Below, in pieces: positions 48,793 to 57,499 of a stretch of 64,000 bases of DNA (its first letter is position 1; the number at the start of each line of letters is the position of its first letter). Location of the stretch: NCBI GenBank assembly GCA_002869275.1, contig PKTF01000405.1:22808-86807 (forward strand). Reading direction: 5' to 3'. The translations under genes and the position numbers were made by a program. The stretch comes from Ignavibacteria bacterium (GTDB lineage: Bacteria; Bacteroidota; Ignavibacteria; SZUA-365). The notes under the pieces are model-generated. The model was not told the origin of the DNA. It searched no databases and was given only the letters and a program-made list of their open reading frames with translations.

Positions 48793-51700
48793 ATGAAAAG
48801 AGCTGTTACCGCAATTCTGCCGGCACTGCTGTTTTTGCTGCTTTGCGGGACGACTTCCGTGCAGGCACAGGTGTTTGGCGGTGTGATTTACGTCGGCGAC
48901 AATTCTGCCGACCTGGTCATGTTCAACCTGACAAACACAAATTTCTCCAAGGTAGAATTCTACCGTGGAGCGAAGCTGCTCGGTACCGTCACTCTGAACG
49001 GTAACGACGGGGGATTTATCACCGATTACGGTCTGGTGAAAGGAAATCAATATCAGTATCAGTATCGCGCCTATCGCTCTGCCGGCGGCTTCCAGGACGC
49101 AAACCTGCCCGGTGGTGTTTTCCTCGGTGGCGACATGCAGGGTATCCTCCTGCGTCCCGATACAATCAATATGGACACCGACCTCGTTGACACGATCGAA
49201 GTATGGCCGGGCGGCCATATGCATTTCGCCGACGGTGCGGATATCTCCTGGATCCTCGGAACCGCAGGCATCATGTCGGCCTTCAAAGTTTTCGGCAGTG
49301 ATGACGTGACCCAGGAACCGCACGGACAGATGTCTGCATCCGGCGGCCGGATCTATGATCTCAACATTGAATGTTCGGGGAAGTTTGGTCCCTTCAAGGA
49401 TTTCACGTTTGTGGGTTCCGATATCAACATTTATGGTGACGTCGAATCGCAGCTTGACGGACTGACGCTGGACTGGGTGACCGACAACAACCGCAATGAC
49501 TACGTGTACATGCGGCATCATGGCAACAATATCGTCGCCAAGAATTGTCACATCACACATGAAGGTCAGATGTGGGGTGTCAAGCAAGCCGACAACATGG
49601 ATATCGATGAAAACTCGACCATCGTCGTCAGCAATATCACGAACTCCACGGTGAACATGGGTCAGATCACGATCCAGCCGAAGGATGTTCCGACATCGAT
49701 GGAGAACTGTCACATTATCGACGGAAACGTCACGATCAGCAATAAATCTGTCGTCCGTCACAACACGATGGAGAATCTTGCCACGATCAACATCTCCCCT
49801 GTTTCCGGTGGGTTCGACCCGAAGGATGTGAAAGATGTTCATATCAACTACAACCATTTCGTTCGCAAGAACGGACAGATTGGAAACATTTCGAACTTCA
49901 GCTTTGAAACCGACAGTATCGACGGATCGTTGAACTACTGGGGACAGTGCGAAGGTCCGAAACCGGGTGAGCGCGCTACGATGGGCAAGGTCATTATCGA
50001 CCCCTTCCTGCGCGTTGAATATCCGGAAGCCAGCTACTGGATGGATCTCAAACCCTCGAAGACCAAGATCATCGCAAACGATGAAGACAGCATCGTCTTC
50101 AACGCACATTTCTATAATGTCCTGACCAGTGTTGACACGGCAGGTGTGGAAATCGATTACCGGGTCGAGATACTCGGTGACACGCTGATGATGGGTACGC
50201 TGATCACCGACGCTTTCGGACGCGCATCGCTCGTCATCAAGGTGCCGCCTGAATATTCCTCGACCACTGGTTTCCAGGTGTATTTCACCACCTCGCTGCA
50301 GTGCATCGAGAAAGCGTATTTCCTCAGTGTTGAGGAGCAGAGCGGTCCGGATCTTTCCGTGCATGAAGCGGAGATCATCCAGATACTTTCGACCGAAAAC
50401 AATATCGTGCCCAACAAGCCGTTCGCCGTCCGCGCAACAATTACGACCACCGAATCCATCGGAACGCCCTTCAAGGTCATCGTGGAAGCAAACGGAAACA
50501 CCTACGATACATTCTATCATTTCGACAACAAGAACATTGGTGTCGAGTATCAGTATGAGAACCCCATGACGGAGATTTCGCTGCCGAGCGGGCAGCCGGT
50601 CATCCTCATGTGGCTGCTCGATGAAACCGGTTTCGATCCGGGTACTGTTGAGGTTACGGTCACCGTTGATCCTACGGAGCCCGGAAGCAGCAAGGGCCGC
50701 GTTGTTGAGGCCAACGAATTCAATAATTCGAAACCGGTATTCGCGGTTGCCAAGGCATCATCCTTCGGCAATGACGGCACAGCGAATCTCAACGTCTACG
50801 TGAAGGGCGCCGGCGGGTATAATGCCGGTATCCCCCAGCTCACTCTCTGGGCTGACAGCACTTCCACCTTCGTTCAGAAGGCCTGGCCGATGAAGCCGGG
50901 ACAGGCATCCTTCAGTACCGCGGCGCAGATCGGTGACTATGAGTATATCGGCGCGGCAGATACTCTGCTCCAGGATACATGGCAGCCCTACCTGATGAAG
51001 GTGTACAAGGAAATTCGTCGTGAAAACCCGGCAGCCGATCGCTACATCATGGCAGTGCCTGGAATGTGGTTCAATACCGTCCTGGACAAGGAAGAGTTCA
51101 ACCACCGTGCTTCTCAGACTCTGTCATGGAGCGGTATCTGGGACTTCATGGTCGCCAGCACCGGTCATTACAAGCATGCGGCGCATACCCTCGGCCATTC
51201 CTTCGGCCTGCGCCGTGGAGACCTCGACAAGGACGACGCTGAGCAGCGTGAACAGTATTTCGACAACTTCATCGGCATCGACGTCATGGACGCGATCGAC
51301 GTGCAGGCCGGCCGCCGCCTGTGGGGAAACATGAGCAACAAGGTTTCCCGCCGCCAGACGGTGAAATGCTTCATGGGAAGCAGCCAGACATGGATCGGAT
51401 CGTCGGATTACGACATCTGGATCAGTGGCGTCGAATACAACAAGCTGTTTGGCGCGGTGGAGAGCTTCACCACGAAGAAATCTCAGCTCAGCAAGAAAGG
51501 CACTGTCGCCAAGGCCCTCTTCATTGAAGGTAATGTCGACAGCACCAGCCTTTCTTACGACTTCGGTCCCTGGATGCGTCTCGAAAATGCAACCATCTCT
51601 CCGATGATGGATGAGACGTATGCCACGCATACCTTCAAGGTGCTCGACGCCGGTGACCAAGAAATCGCGACGTATCTCTATCATCCGACCTTCCGCGCTC

Positions 51701-52428
51701 TCGGCCTCGATGAGGTCGACGCACTTACCGGTCCGGATCCGATGATGGATAAAGAGCATTTCGCTTTCGTCGTTCCCTGCCCGGATGAAGCGGCCCGTGT
51801 CGTCGTCGAACATGACGGCAACATCGTCGCCGAACGCACTATCTCCGCCAATAAGCCGGTCGTGACCATCAACTTCCCGGCAAACGGCGAAGACGTGAAG
51901 CAGGAAACGTTCCTCGCACGCTGGAGTGCGTCGGATCCCGACGGTGAGACCAAATTCTGGTACACCGTCTGGCTCAGCACGAATCGCGGCAGCACCTGGG
52001 AGATGACGAATTATGAGACACTTGCACAGGAAGACTCAGTATTCGGCGTCAAGGGACGGAGCGGTTACATGCTTCGCGTGGTCGCCAACGATGGCGTAAA
52101 CACCTCGGATACTGTTGAGGTGTCGTTCAGCATCCTGACATCTGCCGAGCAGATCCCTGCTCCTGCAGCATTCTCTCTCGAGCAGAACTACCCGAATCCG
52201 TTCAATCCGAGCACGACGCTCACCTATACCCTCCCGGTATCCGGTGAAGTCTCGCTAACCGTGTACGACGCTCTGGGACGCCAGGTAGCAGCCGTGGTTG
52301 AAGGGTACCGCATTGCGGGTACCCATCATGTCGGCTTCGACGCTGCAGATCTTCCCAGCGGCAACTATCTTGCCGTTCTGAAACACGGAGGACGCACAGC
52401 GAGTATTCGTATGACACTCGCCCGCTGA
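48793..52428 (+). CDS. Large T9SS-sorted multidomain protein (beta-helix-like, Ig/CARDB, degenerate metzincin-like domain)
   Basis: Signal peptide VQA-Q; NYWG; PDLSV...VDP...VVEANEFNN (CARDB); HTLGHSFGL; C-terminal domain LEQNYPNPFNP; putative promoter TCGACA-17-TACGAT at 48734-48762. Confidence 0.85.
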   Translation: MKRAVTAILPALLFLLLCGTTSVQAQVFGGVIYVGDNSADLVMFNLTNTNFSKVEFYRGAKLLGTVTLNGNDGGFITDYGLVKGNQYQYQYRAYRSAGGFQDANLPGGVFLGGDMQGILLRPDTINMDTDLVDTIEVWPGGHMHFADGADISWILGTAGIMSAFKVFGSDDVTQEPHGQMSASGGRIYDLNIECSGKFGPFKDFTFVGSDINIYGDVESQLDGLTLDWVTDNNRNDYVYMRHHGNNIVAKNCHITHEGQMWGVKQADNMDIDENSTIVVSNITNSTVNMGQITIQPKDVPTSMENCHIIDGNVTISNKSVVRHNTMENLATINISPVSGGFDPKDVKDVHINYNHFVRKNGQIGNISNFSFETDSIDGSLNYWGQCEGPKPGERATMGKVIIDPFLRVEYPEASYWMDLKPSKTKIIANDEDSIVFNAHFYNVLTSVDTAGVEIDYRVEILGDTLMMGTLITDAFGRASLVIKVPPEYSSTTGFQVYFTTSLQCIEKAYFLSVEEQSGPDLSVHEAEIIQILSTENNIVPNKPFAVRATITTTESIGTPFKVIVEANGNTYDTFYHFDNKNIGVEYQYENPMTEISLPSGQPVILMWLLDETGFDPGTVEVTVTVDPTEPGSSKGRVVEANEFNNSKPVFAVAKASSFGNDGTANLNVYVKGAGGYNAGIPQLTLWADSTSTFVQKAWPMKPGQASFSTAAQIGDYEYIGAADTLLQDTWQPYLMKVYKEIRRENPAADRYIMAVPGMWFNTVLDKEEFNHRASQTLSWSGIWDFMVASTGHYKHAAHTLGHSFGLRRGDLDKDDAEQREQYFDNFIGIDVMDAIDVQAGRRLWGNMSNKVSRRQTVKCFMGSSQTWIGSSDYDIWISGVEYNKLFGAVESFTTKKSQLSKKGTVAKALFIEGNVDSTSLSYDFGPWMRLENATISPMMDETYATHTFKVLDAGDQEIATYLYHPTFRALGLDEVDALTGPDPMMDKEHFAFVVPCPDEAARVVVEHDGNIVAERTISANKPVVTINFPANGEDVKQETFLARWSASDPDGETKFWYTVWLSTNRGSTWEMTNYETLAQEDSVFGVKGRSGYMLRVVANDGVNTSDTVEVSFSILTSAEQIPAPAAFSLEQNYPNPFNPSTTLTYTLPVSGEVSLTVYDALGRQVAAVVEGYRIAGTHHVGFDAADLPSGNYLAVLKHGGRTASIRMTLAR

Positions 52429-52453
52429 TCCTTAAGGCTCACTGCAAATGGAT

Positions 52454-52482
52454 AGCCCCCCGGGTAACCGGGGGGCTTTTTT
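52454..52482 (+). terminator. Intrinsic terminator
   Basis: AGCCCCCCGG-gtaa-CCGGGGGGCT followed by TTTTT. Confidence 0.88.
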
Positions 52483-53185
52483 AATCATCGTCTTTGATGA
52501 GACCGATGAGAAAATTGATCAATCCCAGGATGTTCACTCCCCCTCCGTAATTGCTGTTCTGGCTCCAGCCGGAAACACCGTTGAACGAACCGAACGCTTG
52601 CTCGATGCTCTGGCGCTGATTTCCCCACGAAGGCTTGATGCCTCCTGAGAGCATTTGACGGATGCAGAGATCGATCGGCTGTGCTGTATCCGGCGCGAAA
52701 CCGTGTCCGGCAATCATTTCCCTCAAGACCATGTCCTTGTACTGCGGATACTCATCGATCAACTGTGACAGCAGTCCGTACGCCTCTTCAGGAGTCCATT
52801 CCTTCTTGAGAATGTCTTCCGGTATTGTGAAATGTATTTCATCGGCGGTCGCCGAGATCACCTCGGGCGTGGCAATCTCAGGAAGCTGTTCGATCATCTC
52901 CTCTGGTTGCTGCTCGAGCCTGGCGTCCGCGGGAGGAGGCACGCGGGATGGCGAAGATTCTGTGAGACTCCATTCTGTCGATGCCACGGGAACCTGTTTT
53001 TCGCTTGTAAAAAGTCGCACATCCATTTCAGGCGTATTGCTGGTTGGATCCAGCAGCGTGATGAAAAGCGCTGCTGTGAGGACGCAGGCATGCAGTAGGA
53101 GGCTGATAACCCATGATAACCGGGAATACCGCCGTTGTACCTGTACGGGCGCTTCTGCGCGCCTTTCTGCCGCCTCGTCACCCAT
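52481..53185 (-). CDS. Hypothetical membrane-anchored protein (TonB-like SxxxH anchor, Pro/Glu-rich linker)
   Basis: ISLLLHACVL transmembrane segment; 8 nt downstream of upp. Confidence 0.65.
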   Translation of the reverse strand: MGDEAAERRAEAPVQVQRRYSRLSWVISLLLHACVLTAALFITLLDPTSNTPEMDVRLFTSEKQVPVASTEWSLTESSPSRVPPPADARLEQQPEEMIEQLPEIATPEVISATADEIHFTIPEDILKKEWTPEEAYGLLSQLIDEYPQYKDMVLREMIAGHGFAPDTAQPIDLCIRQMLSGGIKPSWGNQRQSIEQAFGSFNGVSGWSQNSNYGGGVNILGLINFLIGLIKDDD

Positions 53186-53193
53186 TCTTGCTG

Positions 53194-53814
53194 TTATCCT
53201 GTTCCAAATATGCGATCACCCGCGTCGCCCAGGCCAGGCACGATATATCCCTTGTCGTTGAGTCCCCTGTCAAGTGCGGCAGTATGGATATGAATACCTT
53301 CGAATTCCCGCTCGACAGCTGCGACACCTTCAGGAGCACTGACAAGCGAGATCAGCCGCACATCGCTCGCCCCACGTTCATTGAGAATCCGTATCGCTGC
53401 AACAGCACTGCCGCCCGTTGCGAGCATGGGATCAAGCACGAACACGGCTGCACGCTCGAGCTCGTCGGGGTATTTTCCGTAATACTCCACTGGTTCGAGT
53501 GTTTCCTCATCACGGTAGAGTCCGACGTGTCCCACTCTCGCTTTCGGCAGGATTTCGAGAAACGCATCGACCATCCCGAGACCTGCGCGTAAAACGGGGA
53601 CGAGAATGACCGGTACTGCCAGGACCTTGGATTTCGTCGTCTCCAGCGGTGTCTCCACCGATGCATTCTGAAGCGGAAGGTGAGCACTTGCCTCATAGGC
53701 AAGGAGCTGCGACACTCGTCGAAGGGAGGCGCGAAACTGCGTCGCATCCGCGTCCCTGTTCCGGAGGAAACCGACTTCCTGCCGTATGAGTGGATGTGTG
53801 GAGAGATGCAGCAT
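53194..53814 (-). CDS. upp: Uracil phosphoribosyltransferase
   Basis: HPLI, PVLRAGLGM, YRDEETL, DPMLATGGS, YIVPGLGDAGDR. Confidence 0.98.
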   Translation of the reverse strand: MLHLSTHPLIRQEVGFLRNRDADATQFRASLRRVSQLLAYEASAHLPLQNASVETPLETTKSKVLAVPVILVPVLRAGLGMVDAFLEILPKARVGHVGLYRDEETLEPVEYYGKYPDELERAAVFVLDPMLATGGSAVAAIRILNERGASDVRLISLVSAPEGVAAVEREFEGIHIHTAALDRGLNDKGYIVPGLGDAGDRIFGTG

Positions 53815-53932
53815 GAGAGGTTCCCGCAGTTGTTTGAAGATACAGGGAACATACGAGTTCATACATCGCATGACAATAATGGACCACGATATACACCTTT
53901 TTCGTCTGCAAGAATTGTACTAGATTAGCCGC

Positions 53933-55330
53933 ATGGCTCAGGATAACATGGTTGTTCCTCTCGACGAAATGATTGCCGAAAAGCGGCGTGTTGCCATCAC
54001 TTCGGTAATCGCAGCCATATGCCTCACCGGCATGAAGCTCGGCGTCGGGTTGTGGACCGGTTCCCTCGGTATTCTCTCGGAAGCACTGCATAGCGGACTC
54101 GACCTCCTGGCCGCGACGATCACGTATTTTGCCGTCCGGGTCGCTGACCGCCCACCGGATGACGATCATCAGTACGGCCATGGAAAGATTGAAAACCTCA
54201 GCGCGTTGTTTGAGACCCTCCTACTTCTCGTCACCTGCATCTGGATACTCTACGAAGCATGGGATCGACTGACCGGCGAAACCGTGCACATCGAAGTATA
54301 TTTCTGGGCCTTCGCAGTAATCATCATTTCCATCGTCGTCGATTTCTCGCGCTCGCGAGCCCTGATGCGCATCGCGCGGAAGTATAACAGCCAGGCGCTG
54401 GAGGCCGATGCCCTCCACTTCCGAACCGATATCTACAGCTCTGCCGTCGTACTCGTCGGACTCATTTCCGTGATGGTCGGTTTTCCGGAAGCCGATGCGA
54501 TAGCCGCGGCAATGGTCGCCGTGATCGTCATCTGGATTGGAGTTCGTCTCGGCAGGCAAACCATCGACGGCTTGCTCGACAGGGTGCCTGAGGGCGTCCA
54601 GAGTTCGCTCGAAGAAGTGGTACAGGAGACCGACGGGGTCGAAAGCCTGCGGAGTCTTCGCATTCGGCCCTCCGGCGGTGCCATGTTCATCAACCTCGTC
54701 ATCGGCATCCAGCGTACCACATTCTTTGACAGGGCGCATGCCATCGTTGATGATGTGGAAGATTCGGTGCGCAGCGCCTTTCCACGATCTGATGTGCTGG
54801 TCCATGCGGAACCCGTGATCGGCGTTCGCGAAACGCTTTCAGATAAGGTGGAGTGGCTGGTTCGCCAATCCGCGCTTACCGCGCACAACATCCAGATACT
54901 CTGGGTCGATGACCATTTCCTCGTTGATTTCGATATCGAGTTTCCACAGGGACGCACGTTTGTCGAGGCGCATGATCTGGCCACGGAGGTCGAACAGCGC
55001 ATCAGAGACAATATCCCGGCAGTATCGAAAGTGCATATCCATCTCGAACAGGAGCGGGCGTCCGCCCTTTCCGGTGCGGATGTCAGCGCGCGTGAAAACC
55101 TTCTGCTGCAAGCTCTCCGTGAATCCATTCTGGCGGAAGCCGGCGTGAAAGGGGTCCGCGAACTCTCCTGTTACGACACGGAGGATGGAATACGGATGTC
55201 CCTGACCGTGCAGCTTGACCGCGAACTCGGACTCGGCGACATGCACGAGCGCGTCGACCATCTGGAACTGCTGATCAAGGCCAGGGATGAACGCATCGGG
55301 AAGGTGTTCATCCATGCCGAACCACTGTAG
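53933..55330 (+). CDS. Cation diffusion facilitator with three tandem C-terminal dimerisation domains
   Basis: ALHSGLD, HQYGHGKIE, DALHFRTD; three repeats ending VHAEP / IHLEQ / IHAEP. Confidence 0.92.
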   Translation: MAQDNMVVPLDEMIAEKRRVAITSVIAAICLTGMKLGVGLWTGSLGILSEALHSGLDLLAATITYFAVRVADRPPDDDHQYGHGKIENLSALFETLLLLVTCIWILYEAWDRLTGETVHIEVYFWAFAVIIISIVVDFSRSRALMRIARKYNSQALEADALHFRTDIYSSAVVLVGLISVMVGFPEADAIAAAMVAVIVIWIGVRLGRQTIDGLLDRVPEGVQSSLEEVVQETDGVESLRSLRIRPSGGAMFINLVIGIQRTTFFDRAHAIVDDVEDSVRSAFPRSDVLVHAEPVIGVRETLSDKVEWLVRQSALTAHNIQILWVDDHFLVDFDIEFPQGRTFVEAHDLATEVEQRIRDNIPAVSKVHIHLEQERASALSGADVSARENLLLQALRESILAEAGVKGVRELSCYDTEDGIRMSLTVQLDRELGLGDMHERVDHLELLIKARDERIGKVFIHAEPL

Positions 55331-55342
55331 GGTTGCATGTGA

Positions 55343-55372
55343 AGCGCTCCTGCCATTGCTGACAGGAGCGCT
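55343..55372. terminator. Hairpin between convergent genes
   Basis: AGCGCTCCTG...CAGGAGCGCT 10-bp stem; no clear U tract. Confidence 0.5.
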
Positions 55373-55411
55373 CGTTATAGAAACTGGATGAATACAGATG
55401 CCAGGGCTGTA

Positions 55412-56944
55412 TCAGAGGTCGAATTTGATTCCCTGGGCAAGTGGCAGCGTGCTTCCGTAGTTCACGGTGTTTGTCTGCCGACGCATATACGCTTTCCACG
55501 CATCCGATCCTGACTCACGTCCACCGCCGGTTTCCTTCTCACCACCGAAGGCACCGCCGATCTCCGCGCCTGAAGTACCAATGTTGACATTGGCGATACC
55601 GCAGTCGGAACCGCGGTGCGATAAGAATGCTTCAGCTTCCTGCAGGTTGTCGGTGAATACTGCCGACGAGAGTCCCTGCACAACATTATTCTGAATAGCG
55701 ATGGCATCGTGCACATCACCACTGTACTTGATGAGGTACAGGATGGGGGCAAATGTTTCTTCCTGAACGATCTCATAGCTGTTTTCGGCTTCCATGATGG
55801 CCGGCCGGACGTAGCAGCCCGACTCGTAACCTTCGCCTTCGAGCACTTCACCGCCATAGATCAGTTTCCCGCCTTCCTTCTGTGCCATTTCTATGGCTTT
55901 CGAGAACATGTTGACCGCTGCTTTGTCGATGAGCGGACCAACGTGATTGTTTTCATCGAGCGGCGTTCCGATGCGGAGTGAACCATAAGCTTTCACCATC
56001 GAATCACGCACCTGGTCGTAAATCGATTCGTGAATGATGAGGCGGCGTGTGGTTGTGCAACGCTGCCCGGCAGTTCCAACAGCGCCGAACACTGCCGCCG
56101 GAACAGCCATTTTCAGGTTCGCATCGGGGGTAAGGATAATCGCGTTGTTGCCACCCAGTTCGAGAATTGCGCGGCCAAAGCGCTTTGCGACGACTTCGTT
56201 CGCATGACGCCCGACATTGGTTGATCCCGTGACGGAAACGAGCGGGATGCGCTTGTCGTTGAGCATCTTCTCGCCGATCGTTGATCCTTTTCCGATCACG
56301 AGCGAAAACAGGCCCTCGGGAAGTTCATTGTCCTTCAGCACTTCGGCGACGATGTTCTGACAGGCGATGGCCGTCAGGGGCACTTTCGAAGAGGGCTTCC
56401 AGATGTTCACATCTCCGCAGACCGCGGCGATCATCGCGTTCCATGACCACACGGCAACAGGGAAATTGAATGCGGAAATGGTGAGCACGGTTCCAAGCGG
56501 ATGATACTGATCGTACATCCGATGCTCGGGCCGCTCGGAATGCATGGTGAATCCGTAGAGCTGTCGCGACAACCCGACGGCGAAGTCACAGATATCAATC
56601 ATTTCCTGGACTTCACCAAGACCCTCCTGCAAGGATTTCCCCATCTCAAACGAGACGAGTGCTCCGAGTGGATCCTTGTACTCACGCAGACGCAAACCGA
56701 CCTGCCGCACTATTTCTCCTCGCTGTGGTGCGGGGACGGTACGCCAGTGCAGAAATGCCTCCTGCGCCTTGTCCATTACGGCCTCGTAGTCGGACTCAGT
56801 TGCCTGATGAACATTCGCGATGAATTCTCCGGTCGCTGGAGAATAAATTTTCAGGATATCGCCCTCGGTGGACTTGAACCATTCCCGTCCGCTGGAGGCG
56901 CCATAATTCGTTTCATGAATACCCAGAGCTTTCAGAAACTCCAT
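55412..56944 (-). CDS. amaB: Aldehyde dehydrogenase family 7 (piperideine-6-carboxylate/aminoadipate-semialdehyde dehydrogenase-like)
   Basis: [49 protein letters not shown]. Confidence 0.93.
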   Translation of the reverse strand: MEFLKALGIHETNYGASSGREWFKSTEGDILKIYSPATGEFIANVHQATESDYEAVMDKAQEAFLHWRTVPAPQRGEIVRQVGLRLREYKDPLGALVSFEMGKSLQEGLGEVQEMIDICDFAVGLSRQLYGFTMHSERPEHRMYDQYHPLGTVLTISAFNFPVAVWSWNAMIAAVCGDVNIWKPSSKVPLTAIACQNIVAEVLKDNELPEGLFSLVIGKGSTIGEKMLNDKRIPLVSVTGSTNVGRHANEVVAKRFGRAILELGGNNAIILTPDANLKMAVPAAVFGAVGTAGQRCTTTRRLIIHESIYDQVRDSMVKAYGSLRIGTPLDENNHVGPLIDKAAVNMFSKAIEMAQKEGGKLIYGGEVLEGEGYESGCYVRPAIMEAENSYEIVQEETFAPILYLIKYSGDVHDAIAIQNNVVQGLSSAVFTDNLQEAEAFLSHRGSDCGIANVNIGTSGAEIGGAFGGEKETGGGRESGSDAWKAYMRRQTNTVNYGSTLPLAQGIKFDL

Positions 56945-56945
56945 G

Positions 56946-57398
56946 TTACCCTCGTACTGATGATGTTGGTGTAGGTGGATGATTATGTATGGAATTCAAG
57001 ATGTCTCGCAGGGTGATCGCTCGCATTTTATCTTCGATTTCAACCTGGATTTCCGAGAATAGTGAGAGAAAATACCCGTTTACCGACGAAGGAAGATTGT
57101 CATTGCCGGTTCCTCTCCGATTAACATCGAGATGAAACGCTTTTTTCGTCTCGACGGCACAGTAGATTTCCTGGAGATGGATCTCCTCGGGAGTTTTCGC
57201 CAGTCTGAATCCCCCGCTCAATCCGCGTTCTGAATTGACGATTCCCGCGCGAGCAAGCATGGAGAGAATATTGCGGAGTCTTGAGGCATTGATCCCTGTC
57301 GCCTGTGAGATAACATCACTGTTCTGGGACTCTGAGGAGGTGCCTGCGAGGTGGGATAATGCCTGAACGGCGGTGGCGAGCTTTGTCGAAGCGGACAT
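56946..57398 (-). CDS. Rrf2-family transcriptional regulator (YwnA/HypR-like, no Fe-S Cys triad)
   Basis: [38 protein letters not shown]. Confidence 0.92.
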   Translation of the reverse strand: MSASTKLATAVQALSHLAGTSSESQNSDVISQATGINASRLRNILSMLARAGIVNSERGLSGGFRLAKTPEEIHLQEIYCAVETKKAFHLDVNRRGTGNDNLPSSVNGYFLSLFSEIQVEIEDKMRAITLRDILNSIHNHPPTPTSSVRG

Positions 57399-57407
57399 GA
57401 CATACCG

Positions 57408-57457
57408 AATTGTTACCAACCCGGTAACAATTTACAAGGAAGTTATTTCACGTCCAA
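57408..57457 (-). promoter_or_regulatory. Promoter and operator of the Rrf2-ALDH operon
   Basis: Minus strand TTGGAC-17-TAAATT; perfect inverted repeat AATTGTTACC-N5-GGTAACAATT at 57408-57432 overlapping the -10 box and start site. Confidence 0.8.
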
Positions 57458-57499
57458 GGGTCGGTCGGTGAGTACGTATTGAAACGTGGTCACGGCGTC

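Noticed and set aside
48775-50520. 581-aa minus-strand ORF
   Set aside because: Antisense shadow of the large T9SS protein gene
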